From NCBI RefSeq assembly GCF_009834535.1, contig NC_045697.1, forward strand, positions 24,120,001 through 24,184,000: a DNA stretch of 64,000 nucleotides, in the 5' to 3' direction. Positions 1 through 12,857 of the stretch are shown one piece after another (within the stretch, counting starts at the first letter, position 1; every line of letters starts with the position of its first letter). The notes under the pieces were generated by a model. It was not told where the DNA came from and made no database searches. It saw nothing but the letters and a program-made list of their open reading frames with translations. Made by a program: the position numbers and the translations under genes. The DNA is from Camelus ferus (taxonomy: Eukaryota).

Positions 1-2692
1 AATGAAATTTTTAAAATCATTTATAGGCTATGCTTGTACTTAATTTCAAGGCATGAACTTGTGTTTTTAAATGGGTTACTCCTTCAAGCAGCAGATCTGT
101 TTTTTCTCTTCTTCAGATTTTTTTGCATTTCTGCAAGATCTCACATATTGACCTCCTTTTTTTCTAAGACGTTGGAGGCTTTCAAAGAGTGAAGCTTAAG
201 CACGCAGTTAAGAGCAATGAAGCACAAAATTGCTCATGCAAGAAATACCATCATTTTCCTTGTGCATCTGAAAATAAGGGATTTATGCTGTCCAATCATG
301 AGCTAACCAGTAGGATGAGGGCACAGGAGCATGTGCAACCTACTATTACATTTTAACAAATTCAGCGGACAGTTTGGTACTCACAATTACAAACTGATAA
401 ACACCCAGTTGCTGATACGCCTTTTTCCTTGCTGCACACGCTCTTATTTGTTTTTTACGTTGTGGTTTTGGCCCTTTGTCTATCCATATTCTATGTGTCA
501 CAAAGCTTTTTCAAGGGAGATTAATAATATTTTATTACAGACTTTTAGGTTTTCTAAGATCCAGTTAAAGACAGAGGGCTACAAAGAAAAGAAGTGGGCA
601 AGAAGCCAGTAAATCATCTTCACGTCCTAGTCTCCTGCAATCTGTTTAAGATCTACCGGATTCAATAGCTGAACTGGAGTAGAGCCCAGTCTAGACTCTG
701 GTCCACTAGACCATGATATTTTCCACATTAAACAGCTGCATCCTAAATTGCTATTCACTGAAACAGGCAATTGAATATATTTTCATCCTCCATACCCAAC
801 CTTTTCTGTATAGTTTTGTTATTAGAAGCTTATTGCCACAATTATGGAATATCAGTGTTCACCTTTTGTCCTCTCTGCTTTCAAAAACTTCATTCTGGTT
901 CACAGCCAGTTCTATTCCTGACTCCTCCGTGGTTTCTTCTCATGGATTCCACATTTTCTTTTTTCAGTCTTATAACAACTGTGGAATTATGTTCACCATA
1001 TTTTTCTCAGCCACAAGGAGACAATTACTGTACTATCTTTCCATTATTAGAGAAGAGATGCTACAGAGTAAAAGGAGCACTGGATAAAAGGAGTTTAAAA
1101 ATTCATGAAATTGTTTTGGCCTCCATTATTAAATTTCTATCACTTTAAGTAATTATTTTATCCATTTCTTTAAATATAATTAAGAGAATAATCATAACTC
1201 CTTTACTCATCAAAAAATAATTGATAGGATTTATTCTATTTGAATAGATATTAAAAGTCAGCTATATGAAGTCTTGTGAACATAGTAAATCAAAAAAAGG
1301 TTATTCATTTTTATGAAGGTAATGCACATGATTAGTCAGTTTGAATTGATCAGTGTAATACTGATAAAATTCCTTTTCCCTCCCTTTGTTTGCATTGTTT
1401 CCACACTGTTATCATTGATCCTTCCTCTTCCCCTCCAGCCCAACAAATCTTGCAAGGTCTGTTTCAAATTTCACCTCTTCCATAGAGCTGTCTGAAGAAT
1501 TCCAGTTAATCTTGACCTTTTCTAAAGCTGACGGTCAGTAAAACTTAATAATACATATTGGTTAATTTTCTAAAATAATTTGTCATTTAAAATACACTTT
1601 ATTGACCATTTCAGAATACTGTTTTGAAAATACAGCTTTCTTAACTGAAAAATTATATAGTTGAAAGAGCAGTGCTAAAGTCTTGAGATAAAAGTTTCTT
1701 TCCAGATAGGCCAGAAGAACCTTGACCATCTTGGGTAATACCAGTTATTCACTTAAATTATTAACAGCTCTTATTTCATTCACAGAAGGATCTCGATGAA
1801 AATGTATGTCCATAGCATTTCATATATGACTTATAGTGAAGTGAGTTAATGTCACACAGTGATTACAGCATCAATGGGGAACAGCCACCATTAGTCACTG
1901 CATATTTGCTGGAAACTAGAACTGGACCCTGTAGTGATGGTACAAGGACCAGTTGTTAAAGATGCTCAAACATCTAGGCTGATAAAAGCAGCTCAATTCA
2001 TATGAGGCTGTAAGAGCATGCACAAATAAGGGGAAAGATGTGTTTGCTTTTTTGCTTTTAAATATCCCTACATAAAAGGAATATGAAACAGCCTCTGTTA
2101 GAATCAGTGAAGGGATGGCTGAATAGCTGCAGTGATTTCTGTAAGCATACTCAGTGGGACTAGAGTCTAAATCTCTCCTTCATTGCACACAATCTCTTGC
2201 ATCCTCCTGTGCTCCTCACCTCATGGCTAGGGGAGTTCCAGGAAACAAAGTTATATCCATTTCAGGTGCATTACAGGCAATAGCTGCAAAGTCTCTTGCT
2301 AATCTGTTCATAATGTTTGTGAAGTAGCCCTTTTTGTTGTCTGTCTTGATAAATCTTATTTAAAATGACTTCTAAGTGAGTGAGTACACATATGGATGGT
2401 TATTTAATATTTCTCTTTCTTCTCTTGGGTTCTGAAAATCTCAGTATCATAGTTTCTCTGATTTTGAGTGTATTCCATGAATTATGACATTGCACTCTTC
2501 CCTTAATACATGCCCCTTATTTGGTTCTTCTTTTTTTTCCCCCCTTTATTCTGATTACTGGGTCTCTGAGACAGTATTTATAGAGAACAAGTAGCTTCAG
2601 AGGTATCTGCAAGAGTTTTGGTGGTGCAGACAGGTTGTATTTACTTTGGGAAGTCTTACCTGATCTCTCTTGGCTTTGCTTAAGTAGCTTTC

Positions 2693-3246
2693 TCTATCAG
2701 TTAAGATATTTTCAGCTGGAGAAGAGAGAAAATACAATTATAATTAGTTTTAAAAGAAAAGTTGATAAAAAGAAGTCTTGTGTAAGGCAGAGCCAGCTCA
2801 TCAAGAGCCAGGATCTTTCATCTTTCCTTTCCACTATCCTCAGAATTTTGACTTTCAAACTTGGCTTGATGCCCTAATGGTTACAACACTGCTGCAGTTC
2901 CAGTCATCATGTCCTCAAATAAACCACTTGGCAGAGGAGAAAGTGATAGCCCCCCACCTGTCTTTTTATCAGGAAAAAAATCCTTCTGCAGGTCCCCAAA
3001 AGCACATTTCATATTTGTGTCATTAGTCACAGTTATATCACATGACCACACCTGAGCCAGTCACTTGCAAAAGGAAAAGCATGGTTTTTACAAGCTTTGT
3101 CTAATCAACATTTTGTCTGGGGGCTGGGGAAGGGACCACTTTCCCTGAGTACCTGGGCCATCAATTCCTGAACAGAAGCCAGCTTCTTATAGCAAGGAAT
3201 AAGGAGCTAATGGCTGCTGGGTGGGCTATCTACAGCATCTGCCACA
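2693..3246 (-). mobile_element. MaLR LTR, MLT1K-like
   Basis: Ends GGGTGGGCTATCTACAGCATCTGCCACA, the reverse complement of a TGTGGCAG LTR start; internal CACATGACCACACCTGAGCCAGTCACT typical of old MLT1. Confidence 0.7.
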
Positions 3247-4239
3247 CTTTCCAGTGTGCTTCTGTAGCATTGCCACGGTACTTGTCTGTTTCCCGTATGT
3301 GACTGTACATTTCCACAAGACTGCGGATTGGCTTATCTATCTGCCAAGTCTCATAAACAATAGGTGATTTCATTAAGTGAACAAACTAATACTGGATGCT
3401 ACCTTGTGGTATAAATGGTCAGTATGTTCTCAGGATGTATCAAGCTAGAGTGTCTGTGCTGCTCTGTGGGCTACAGGAAATCTACAAGTTCTTTCACTAA
3501 CAGGCCTCACAAATCATGGAAGAGTAAGTTAAATTCTAATCTTTCTCTCTGTTTTGCTTTTTTTAATTTTTTATTAAATTTCACCATAGTATTTCTACAT
3601 TGCATGGGTCACCTTTAGTACTATATGTAGGACACTTTAAAATATATATGCATGCATATATACTGGAGAAGGATGTTCTGTTTTGTCATTCTGTTGTTCC
3701 TAAGCAGGGAAAAGGCTATGTTTCATTTTTCTTATCACATATTTAGTAGAAGAAACAATATCTACGTACAGCTTACAAAAGAAAGTCTAGTGCAAAAACA
3801 AAGTACTAATTAATTTCCATTCATGTGATGTTATTATAATGTCTCTGAAAGACAGCTTAAGGCATAGTGAAGGAATAATGTGTTTTTTTTTTTTTTCATT
3901 TTGAAACAAATGAACTCATCTTGGATTCTAACTTCCAAATTAGTTTTGTAAAGTAAAGTTCAGTCTGTAAAAGGAATGCACTATAATTAAGGAAAAGCAG
4001 TAGAATATATATATATAGGTCATATACACAGAAAAAATGAAAGACGTAATATTCTAGAGGAAATCATGTTTTAGTTTCCTTTGAGAAATAAAATGGAACT
4101 TTTGTTCTTACAACTATATAAAAGTAGCATAGAATTAAAAAATCACATGTGTTCCAGTACCCATAGAAGTTAATTAAATATACTATTTAGATATGTAGAT
4201 ATGGATATTATCTTTACGGAGATACATCCTTTACTCAAG

Positions 4240-4419
4240 TAGCATTTCTCAACAGTGGCACGGCTGACATTTGGGGCTGGATAACCCTTCGTTGCAGCAT
4301 CCCTGGTCTCTGTCCACTAGATGTTGGTAGCATCAGCCCAGTTGTGACTCTGAAAAATGTCTCCAAACATTTCTAAATATCCCAAGGAGGGCAAATACAC
4401 CTCTGGTTGAGAACTGCTA
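4240..4419 (-). mobile_element. MER20 (hAT-Charlie non-autonomous DNA transposon)
   Basis: Termini TTTCTCAAC...GGTTGAGAACTGCTA; internal GCAGCATCCCTGGTCTCTGTCCACTAGATG and AAAAATGTCTCCAAACAT match MER20 reverse complement. Confidence 0.85.
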
Positions 4420-4849
4420 CTGTAGATTAGCATAATTACAGAACTTTACATTTTAAAATATAACAGGTTAAAAATATATAGGTTTGGTAAGGCTAGTGGT
4501 TTTGAATTAGGTGATTGATACTGGAACCATGTGCTATGGGAACTAAAGAAAGACAATGAGTTTGTTTGTAAGACATCACCATCCTTATTCTTTGTTCTGC
4601 AAGACGACTTATTAGGTCTCTCCCACCCGGCCAACTGCAGTAGAAGAAAGAAAGAAAACTCACTAATCCAATAAATATTTAGCAATCCGGGATTCCGCAT
4701 TAATTGCCTCACTAAATTTTTTAGTCAAAAGGCATTTATTTTGTCACAAAAATGATTATCTAGAAGTGAAAAAGTAAACAAAAAAACTGGAATATTAAAA
4801 CAGAAGAATGTACAAAGCAGTTGAGAAACTTGGAGAAGTTAAGTAAATT

Positions 4850-5550
4850 TTCATAAATCGTTCAGGAAGTGTTTTCCATAGGATATGATATTGGAATTGG
4901 ATTTTAAAAGAGAACAAAATTCCGGAAGATGAAACAAACTGTAAAATATATGGTTGCACACTTGAGAACTCCAAGTAATTCACAGGACTGGAACAAAGAA
5001 ATACCAAGAAGAAGTCGCCTCTAATTTGAAGTAGAGGCCAGGATAGAAAACAAAGCTTCATTGTGAGAGGATAATTATATTGTGCCAAAATAATTAGGCT
5101 CTTTCCCTGTATATTTTAAATAGTTCAATGATGTAATTAGAACTGTAATTTAGAAATGCTACCATGTTTGTGTATGAATATTTAAATATAAAACAAAGGA
5201 CTGAAGACAAGGAAAACCAATACAAAATTATGAGAGAAAAGATGAAGGTTCCAAATAAATCAGTGAAGACATAGAACACGAGTGAAACATTCAGATTGTA
5301 TCAAAGTGTTATAAATGAGACTTTTTAAAGATAAAGCAAGAAGGAGGCAGATGCAGAGCGTTCAATGACAAAATGACTGCCATGCTTCCCATGCTGCAGG
5401 TGCATGAAACAATGAGAATGGAAGAATGTTCTCTGAATGTGTGACTTGTACTCATTGGCGATTTTGGTGCAAGTAGTTACAGTGGAAAGGTGAGGGCTGA
5501 ATCAAGATGCCTGAGGATATAGAAGGAAGAGAAAGATTCAAGAGTGCTTA
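4850..5550 (-). mobile_element. Decayed L2 LINE fragments
   Basis: Purine-rich L2-like text (AGGAAGTGTTTTCCATAGGATATGATATTGGAATTGG; ATTGGCGATTTTGGTGCAAGTAGTTACAGTGGAAAGGTGAGGG). Confidence 0.45.
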
Positions 5551-5561
5551 CAGAAGGGCAC

Positions 5562-6051
5562 TGTGGGAGGCAGAATAATGGCCTCCCAGAAATGACCACA
5601 TTGTAACCCCCAGTGAATGTAAGTTGCATAACAAGAGAATTGAGGTCTCAGACAGACTTAAATTAGCTAATCAATTGACCTTAAAATAGGTGAGTAGCCT
5701 GGACCATTCAGGTGTGCCCAATCTAATGATGAGGGTCTTTAAAAGTGAGAGAGGGCTGAAGAAGAGGTTGGAATCAGAGGAAGATGTCACCACAGGAGAA
5801 TGGTCAGAGAGATGTGACACAGCTAGCTTCAAAGATGGAGGTAAGGTGTCCCAAGCTATGGGATGTGGGTGACCTCTAGAGGCTGGAAAAAGCAAGAGGA
5901 TGGACCTGTCCCATCTCCTTGTTTTACTACTAGATTCAGTGAAACCTGTGTTGGACTTTTACCCTATCCAACTATAAGATAATAAATTTACATTGTTTTA
6001 AGCCATGAAGTTTGTGGTAATTGTTTATTGCAGCAATGGAAAATTCATGCA
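5562..6051 (+). mobile_element. MaLR solo LTR, MLT1D-like
   Basis: Starts TGTGGGAGGCAGAATAATGGCC; has AATAAA-TTTACATTGTTTTAAGCCA and ends GCAGCAATGGAAAATTCATGCA; flanks GGCAC/GGAAT may be a decayed 5-bp TSD. Confidence 0.85.
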
Positions 6052-6087
6052 GGAATCTTAGCAGGAAGAAACACTTTTTTCCTTAAG

Positions 6088-6830
6088 ACATTTATTTATT
6101 CATTAAAAAATATATTTACTGAATTGTTCTACCAGTTGCAGATATAGTTATGAAGAAAACAGACAAAAATCCCTCTACCAGAGAACTTCACATTCCATAA
6201 ACAAATTAGCATATGCGGTATATTAAGTGTTAATTAGGGCCACGGGGAAACAAATAAAATAGGTGAATGGGACTAGTCACAATGCGGTTCAAGAGTTGTG
6301 ATTTTAAGTGAAGTGGTTAAATCTTCATTAACAACTGAGTATTTGAACAGACCTGAAGTAATAAAGCAAGTCACGTATACGACTGAGGTGAAAACAAACA
6401 AGGGATAGGAAACCGCAAGTCCAGGAGCAAAATCACAGCTGTCTTGAGTTAAGTCAGTTATGGGTGATGAGCAACAAGTGGGAAAGATTTTACAGATCGC
6501 AATAGTAATGACTTTGGCAATTATTCTAACGCAAAATAAAATCCATTGCAATATTTTAAGTAAAGGACATGGTTTGACTTGCATTTTTTAAAGGATTTCT
6601 GGTTAGGGTTTTGAAAACATGATCAGGAGTTAGACTTGAAACAAACCAAGGTGTAAGCTTTTTCTGTAATCTGGGAAAGACTTAATGGTGGATTGGATCT
6701 AGTTTCTAGGAGTGGTCATGGAAGGAAGTGCTGGATTTGGGGAAAAAAATTGAATGAAGAGTCTCCTGGACTGGATGTGGTGTTTGAAAAAAATACAGTT
6801 GAGGATGAATCTATGGGACATGTTTAATTT
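6088..6830 (-). mobile_element. L2 LINE 3' region
   Basis: Begins ATTTATTTATTCATTAAAAAATATTTACTGAA (reverse complement of the L2 tail), then ACAGACAAAAATCCCT and TTTTAAGTAAAGGACATGGTTTGACTTGCATTTTT. Confidence 0.7.
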
Positions 6831-6914
6831 AACACCTGTGATAATACTCAGCCTCTAGGAGAAGATGGGGAGACAATGGGAAGAAAACTTACAAATGAAG
6901 TATAAGACTGTGTT

Positions 6915-7120
6915 AATAATAATCACAATGAGTTACTTTTTGATAACTTTCAAATACAAAACCTCATTTGATAGTTATAAATAACCTCCTGTACTGTTTG
7001 GAGTTGTTATCCTCATTTTACAAATGAAAAATATTAGAACAAGGGAGGTTAACTGACCTGCTCAAAGCCATCATTATTGAGTGAGAGAGTCAGGTCAGGT
7101 TTACTTGGTGCCAGAAAACC
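6915..7120 (-). mobile_element. MIR SINE
   Basis: Core TTATCCTCATTTTACAAATGAAAA...GAGGTTAACTGACCTGCTCAAAGCCA. Confidence 0.75.
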
Positions 7121-8754
7121 TCTTTCATGTAGCGGTAATTATGCTTAAGAGTTTCTGTGTTGTTACTCTTTGTTTCCTTCTTGCCATTTGGAAAATAAGT
7201 ATTACACGAAGAGTGAAATTTTAAAAATGCTTTTGGGTAAAATTACCTTGAGGCTATCTTCAAGTCTTTGTGTATATAGGCAGAATATTGGAGTCACAAG
7301 CATTGTAAGAAGATTGAGAAATCAATACTATATGTCCTACTTCGTCTCAAATAGACATATATTTAAATATTTTCTAACATGTAAGAATATATTGCTTTTC
7401 AACAGGCTCTCATTAGGAAGGAAACATGAGCCTCACAATGTTTATCCAATTTTTAAGCTGCAAAGTTCCAAATGTCATTTAGTAATTGTAAACTGTACAT
7501 TCTGTTGTCTTGGTGAAATCTGAGATTGGAATCTTTGCTATGCAAAGTATTACATTTTGCATGAAAAAGTAAATTTTATTAACATGGTGGCATGCTTGGA
7601 CTGTGTTTGAGATTATGATGATGATGACTTCAGGGATAAAAGTAATAACTCCTCTTACCAAATTTCTATGAAAAGATAAAAATAGAGTCTAGAATGGAAA
7701 AAATACAATTTTCTGATGCTTTATTTTTCTGAGGCACATGGGCATTAAAATGACTTGATTGAAAAGAAAATAGCATAAAAGTAGTAACTAGGATAAGGAC
7801 AGAGAGACAAGTCCAAAGTAAGAGACAATTTACAGCATAGTTTTGAAAGGACACTCCCAATTTGTAGATCAGGAAAATGTAATCTTAAATTTTAGGGCCA
7901 TTTTCTTATAGTTTCTTTGCTATTGTGAGCATTCTTCACTTCTCTTGACAAAAGGACTTAAATAAATGGTAGACATTACTTCTTTGTGATATGTTTCATT
8001 GCCTGGTGAATTCATTATCACTGTATTTTCTTGAGATGGAATTTATAAACACAAATAATGAATGACAGAAAAATACTGCTCAGCTCATTAAGGTTAAATT
8101 TAGAAAATAACTACTGAAAATGTTTCAGAAGAGGTTTTAAACTTTAAATAATTTGTAAAGGAAATCTAAGTTTGTAACTTACAAATGTAGGTTTAAATGA
8201 TAGAAAGGTAATCCTTGAATCCAAGAAAATAATTGGTATATGCCTCATTTGACTTTTGTGTTAAAATGTCTGCATTTACAAAAGTTTTTTTTTTATACAC
8301 GTAGATATTAAATGTATTGGTATTTATATATAATAGGTATTATGTGTATAGGTACACATACATAATTCTGTGTCTGTGTGTGCATATATATGTAAATTTT
8401 TTCTGAAGCCTGTTTGGAATCACTTGACCTAGGAAGCCTGTGAGTCATGAAGACCATAAACAAACAAAATAACATGTCATATCACTCTCAGTGGAGGTTC
8501 TAGTATTGAGAATATTTATTGAGGTTTAAGAAATCTTGGTAGCCTATGGGTAGCTACAAATTTAATGAAAAAGAAACCCCACTTGGTCTTGAATCTCTGT
8601 GTGCTACAGGATACAAAACTGTTCACATACTGTTTGGTACTTGTTAGTCTTTTTTGTGAACAATATAAATTTGAACTATATGAGGAAATGTTCATTTTCT
8701 TTAATGTATGTTTTAAATGTACTTCCCAAAGCATTGTACATTTGTCCATCTGGA

Positions 8755-8790
8755 GTTTTTTTGTTTTGCTTTGTTTTGTTTTGTTTTGTT
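8755..8790. repeat. (GTTTT)n microsatellite
   Basis: Directly visible TTTGTTTTGCTTTGTTTTGTTTTGTTTTGTT. Confidence 0.85.
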
Positions 8791-9384
8791 AAAAATTAAA
8801 AAATTTTGAACTTCTTGCTCTGCTAGTTTCAAAGCAGAGTGAGATGCAGGACCTGCCCTATTAACATAGACTGATCTAATTATAAATATTTTTGACTTTT
8901 TTCAAATGTAATTTACCTTAAATTGCAAATGCTATTCTTTTATATAGGGGCTAATTATTTGCAGCATCTTCACCTGAGCTTGTGAAATATGGGGGTAAAA
9001 GCACAGTCTTCCTTAAATAACATATAAAGCAGACACTTGGCACTGTATAGAGTATATTGCAGAATTAAATAAACTGAAGATTTATCCATGAGCAAGTGAA
9101 TAAGAATAATTGAAACTGAATATATAGGCCTTGAACAAGTTAACAACAGCTCACTGTAGACTAGCAGGGGCTAAGAAAAACATGGGAATCAGAAATCTAC
9201 CTGCAAAATAAAAAACCTCAAAGTTACCAAATGCTTTCAATAAAAATATTAAAATCATGATTAATAGTAATGAGAATAAAACTTTTATATGATTTCGCAG
9301 CTTGGACTCTGTGTGTGTACATGTGTTTGCATTTAGATATCTGTGTGAACACAATCTAGACATATGCATACATGCATACACATT

Positions 9385-9560
9385 TTAATTTCTTTAATTT
9401 TCACAATCCTATACAATAGGTATTATTATCTGACTTTTACAGGTGAGGAAAAGTCAAATTTTTTACTTTTTGTGGATGAGTAAAAAACTTGTACAGAGGA
9501 GTTACATGATTCAAGTCACACAGCTAATGTGAGAGTTCAAGCTTAAACTGACTTCCAAGA
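9385..9560 (-). mobile_element. MIR SINE with a short internal duplication
   Basis: TAGGTATTATTATCTGACTTTTACAGGTGAGGAAA...GTCACACAGCTAA; the core segment appears twice. Confidence 0.7.
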
Positions 9561-10444
9561 CTGACCATCATGCGTCTGCAGCAAAAAAGTCATCTTAGAA
9601 ATCTAGCCCCTTGAAAACCTGGCTACCACATGCTTTCTCTTGAATCAGCACATAATATCACAGAAAATAAAGAGAATGAACATACAAGTGTACCAGGGTG
9701 TCAGAAAATGCTTCGTATAGGAAGTAAGTTTTGAGACTTTAAAAAAAGACTGGTAACATTTTCTTTGGCTCTGAAGCTGTTTAACAATATGGATCACCAT
9801 GAATGTTTATGTATATATATATACACACACACACACACATGATAGCATATGTACATCCAGAATATTTGATATATGTGTAGAAGTGTGTAAGTATTTGTAC
9901 TAGATCTTGATTATTACCTGAAAATACTGTATTCAGTTGCTAGGGCAAGAATTATGAACAGAAATAGCTGTTGAGACTAGAAACATGGGTTGTATTCACA
10001 CCATAAATAATAATCATAAATTATTCACGTCATAACTTTATTTAAAGTAATATACACAGAGAAATTTTTCATCATTAGACTAAATTGTGAGGGATGTATT
10101 AGAAATGTTGGTGGAAAATTGTCACCTTATTTGCCAAGACAGGAATGATACTAGTTTTATTTCACTCCTATTAAAAAGTGAATATTCATACGTCACACCT
10201 CCTTTCTCTTTACTCTTCAAATTTGCCCTCATATCAGGCCTTCAGACTCAGAAAAGTTGAACAAATTTTACTATTAAAATTTTACAGTTTTACTTAGTTT
10301 CAAGGTATCAGAAAGTAATAAATATACCACCCACCATTTCCTCTTCTTTCCTGTATCTATCTGAACTTGTATATTAATAATAATGAAAGCAGCTGCTTCA
10401 CACCAGGAGATTGGGTGTAGGATGTATTCAGGGTTCACACTGAT

Positions 10445-12440
10445 TTCATTCTAATTATTTGAGGTTTATTGAGACATCCTTTATGCCATAAGGTGAGATC
10501 ACTTTTCATAAAATATTCTATCTATGCATAAGAAGGAAGTGTATTCTAATTTTGAGTGCAATGTTTTATTTATTTCAATTAGATCAAACCTCTTAATTGT
10601 TGAAATGCTCTGCTTACTAATTTATCTGTCTGATAGATCTACCAGTTACTATGGAAAATATGGCAAAATCTCTTAACTTTAGTAACAGACTTGTCAATTT
10701 CTCCTTATAGTTTTTTCCTTTAATTTTTTGCTTTGTATATTTTGGAGCTACACATTTAGGTGCATACATGTTGAGAATTGTCTCTTCCTGGTTAGCTGAG
10801 TTCTTTTATAACTATATAGTGATCCTTTTAATTCCCAATAATGTTTTCCTTTGTATGACATCAGACATTAATATAAACCATTGTTATGTTTCAAAAAATT
10901 CCTTCAAAAATCTGTATTTATAGTCTTTGATGTTCTACTTTCTTTTTTAGGCATATTTTATGTAACCAGCATAGATTTAAACCAGTATTATAAATGTTTT
11001 CTTGTAACTAGAGTGTTTACTCCATTAACATTTATTTCTACTACCATAATACCTGCTTCCTATTTTTCCGTTGTTTTGTTCTCGTCATTTTTTAATATTG
11101 ATTTAGTGTTTTTAAGTTTCTCATCCCATTTCCCCCCCCCACCATACTTGTTTGGAAGTTATATGCCCTATGTTTATCTTAGGATTTAGGTAGATACTTT
11201 TTTTTTTAAAGATAATTACTTTAATTGTCTAAGTTTTCACTTACACAATATAATAAAGGCAGACTTATGTGACGTGATATGACATTTTTACAAAAAAAGT
11301 CCCCCAGCATCTGGCCAGTAGTATATAAATATTTACAATGAAAAATAGGCAAGGAAAAAGGAAATCTTTATTATTCAAGTCAATTCCTTTCTAATGCTTA
11401 TCAGAAGTTTAAAAATAAAATACTTCATTAACTTTCTAGTCATCCATATTTACATGTTGCTTCCACCAATGATTTAAGAAACCTAGTCTTAAGGATGTTT
11501 TGTTTTACATCACTCCTGTTCTTTTTCTACACTATTTTCCAAGTTATCTGAAAGAGTAAATTAAATATAAAACTGTAAACTTTGAAGAAAAAGAATAAAC
11601 ATGTTTAAAGGCAATGAGATAGAAAGGTCCTTACAAAGGTCAATTATTTCACAACACTAAAGAAGCTCACTAAAATTCTAAAGATATTTAGTGTCTCCAC
11701 CTCCCTTCCTAATAATAAAAGAATCTTGGAATACTTAAGTCTTATCAAGATCATTCCTGCTTCCATTCTTTGCTGTTCAGTATACTAATTCTAGCTTATT
11801 TTTGCCTGGTTACCCCAAATTAAACATTTAAAAGTTTTTTGCTGCCAGTTAATTTAGACTTGCTTAATTATGTATCATTTTTATCCACCCCTGCTTTTTT
11901 GTGATTCAGTCCACATCAGGGAATGAGTTTCCTTCTTTAAATATCTCCTTTAGAACTTCTGTTAGTGACAATATGTGGAGGTTAACCTTTCTTGGCTAAT
12001 TTTTTATCTCAAAATGTTTATTTCACTCTCATTTTTAAGGGATAATTTTGCTTGATGCAAAGTTAGAGTTTGGGAGAAATTTTCTTTTGACTCTTTAAAG
12101 ATACTCTTCTGTTGTTTTCTGACTTCCATTGTTTTATATACAGAAGTTACCTTTAAATTTATTTATCATTCCTTTGTAATTGTCTTTCATTGACTGCAAT
12201 TCAAATCATCTTATATTGTTTGGTGTTCTGAAGTTTCATCATAAGGGGAAATTATGTGAAACAATGTGTTTTTCCTTTTATTTCACTTGGAATTTATTAG
12301 ATTTTCTAGATATGAGCATTGGTGCATTAAACAATTCTGGATAATTCTTAGTCATTCCGTCTTGATATAGTGTCTTTCCTATTTTCTTTATTTTCTCCTT
12401 CTGGAATTCTGACTCGGTGTATGTTATAGCTTCTTCTCTA
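10445..12440 (-). mobile_element. Old L1 (L1ME/L1M5-like): ORF2 endonuclease region, inter-ORF spacer and ORF1 end; interrupted at about 11198-11662
   Basis: TTGTCAATTTCTCCTTATAGTT...TTTTGCTTTGTATATTTTGGAGCT...TTAGGTGCATACATG is antisense L1 EN text; ORF 12278-12574 ends KTLYQDGMTKNYPELF, like ORF1p. Confidence 0.75.
11198..11662 (-). pseudogene. Probable retroposed mRNA 3'UTR fragment (5'-truncated processed pseudogene, parent unknown)
   Basis: T10 at 11198-11207 (poly-A on the minus strand), ATTAAA 12 nt upstream (11220-11225), second AATAAA (11367-11372), two TGTAAATA elements; interrupts L1 text. Confidence 0.55.
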
Positions 12441-12446
12441 ACTTCC

Positions 12447-12857
12447 ATGGGTAGGCCTGACCTAGTTAGGTGAACCCCTTTAAAAATAGGTCTCCAAATT
12501 CTGAGATGGAGGAAGTCAGAGAGTAGAAGTAGCAAAGATACTTTCCTGTTGGCCTTGAAAAGGCAAACTGCCATGTTGTGGGGAGAGCCATGTGACAGAG
12601 AGCAGCAGGAGGCCTCCAGGAGCTGAGGTTCTGAGTCCTGTAATCATAAGAAACTGAATTCTTCCAATAACCAGAAAGCTTTGGAAAAAACCCTCAGCCT
12701 CAGCTCACATTCTGAGCCCACAGTTTGATTTTCTGAACAGAGGACCCAGTTAAGCCATGCCCAGACTGCTGACACACAGAAACTCTGAAATCACTTATTT
12801 GTATTGTGTATGCTGTGCCTGTGGTAATTGTTACACAGCAATAGAAAAACCAATACA
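12447..12857 (+). mobile_element. MaLR LTR, MLT1E-like (3' part)
   Basis: GCAAACTGCCATGTTGTG, AAGAAACTGAATTCTTCCAATAACC, GAACAGAGGACCCAGTTAAGCCATGCCCAGACT; ends TTGTTACACAGCAATAGAAAAACCAATACA. Confidence 0.8.

Noticed and set aside
80..267. Minus-strand exon-like segment (CCCTTATTTTCAG acceptor, GTAACC donor)
   Set aside because: Stop codons in all three frames, weak donor and no recognisable peptide
331..1148. Longest ORFs in the track (93-125 aa)
   Set aside because: Overlapping, rich in F/L/S/I as expected from AT-rich non-coding DNA; no domain or splice structure recognised
8560..8810. 3'UTR-like plus-strand text ending near ATTAAA, with an 8-bp inverted repeat TGTTCACA/TGTGAACA
   Set aside because: No clear poly-A tail or TSD; cannot be told from AT-rich background without a BLAST search
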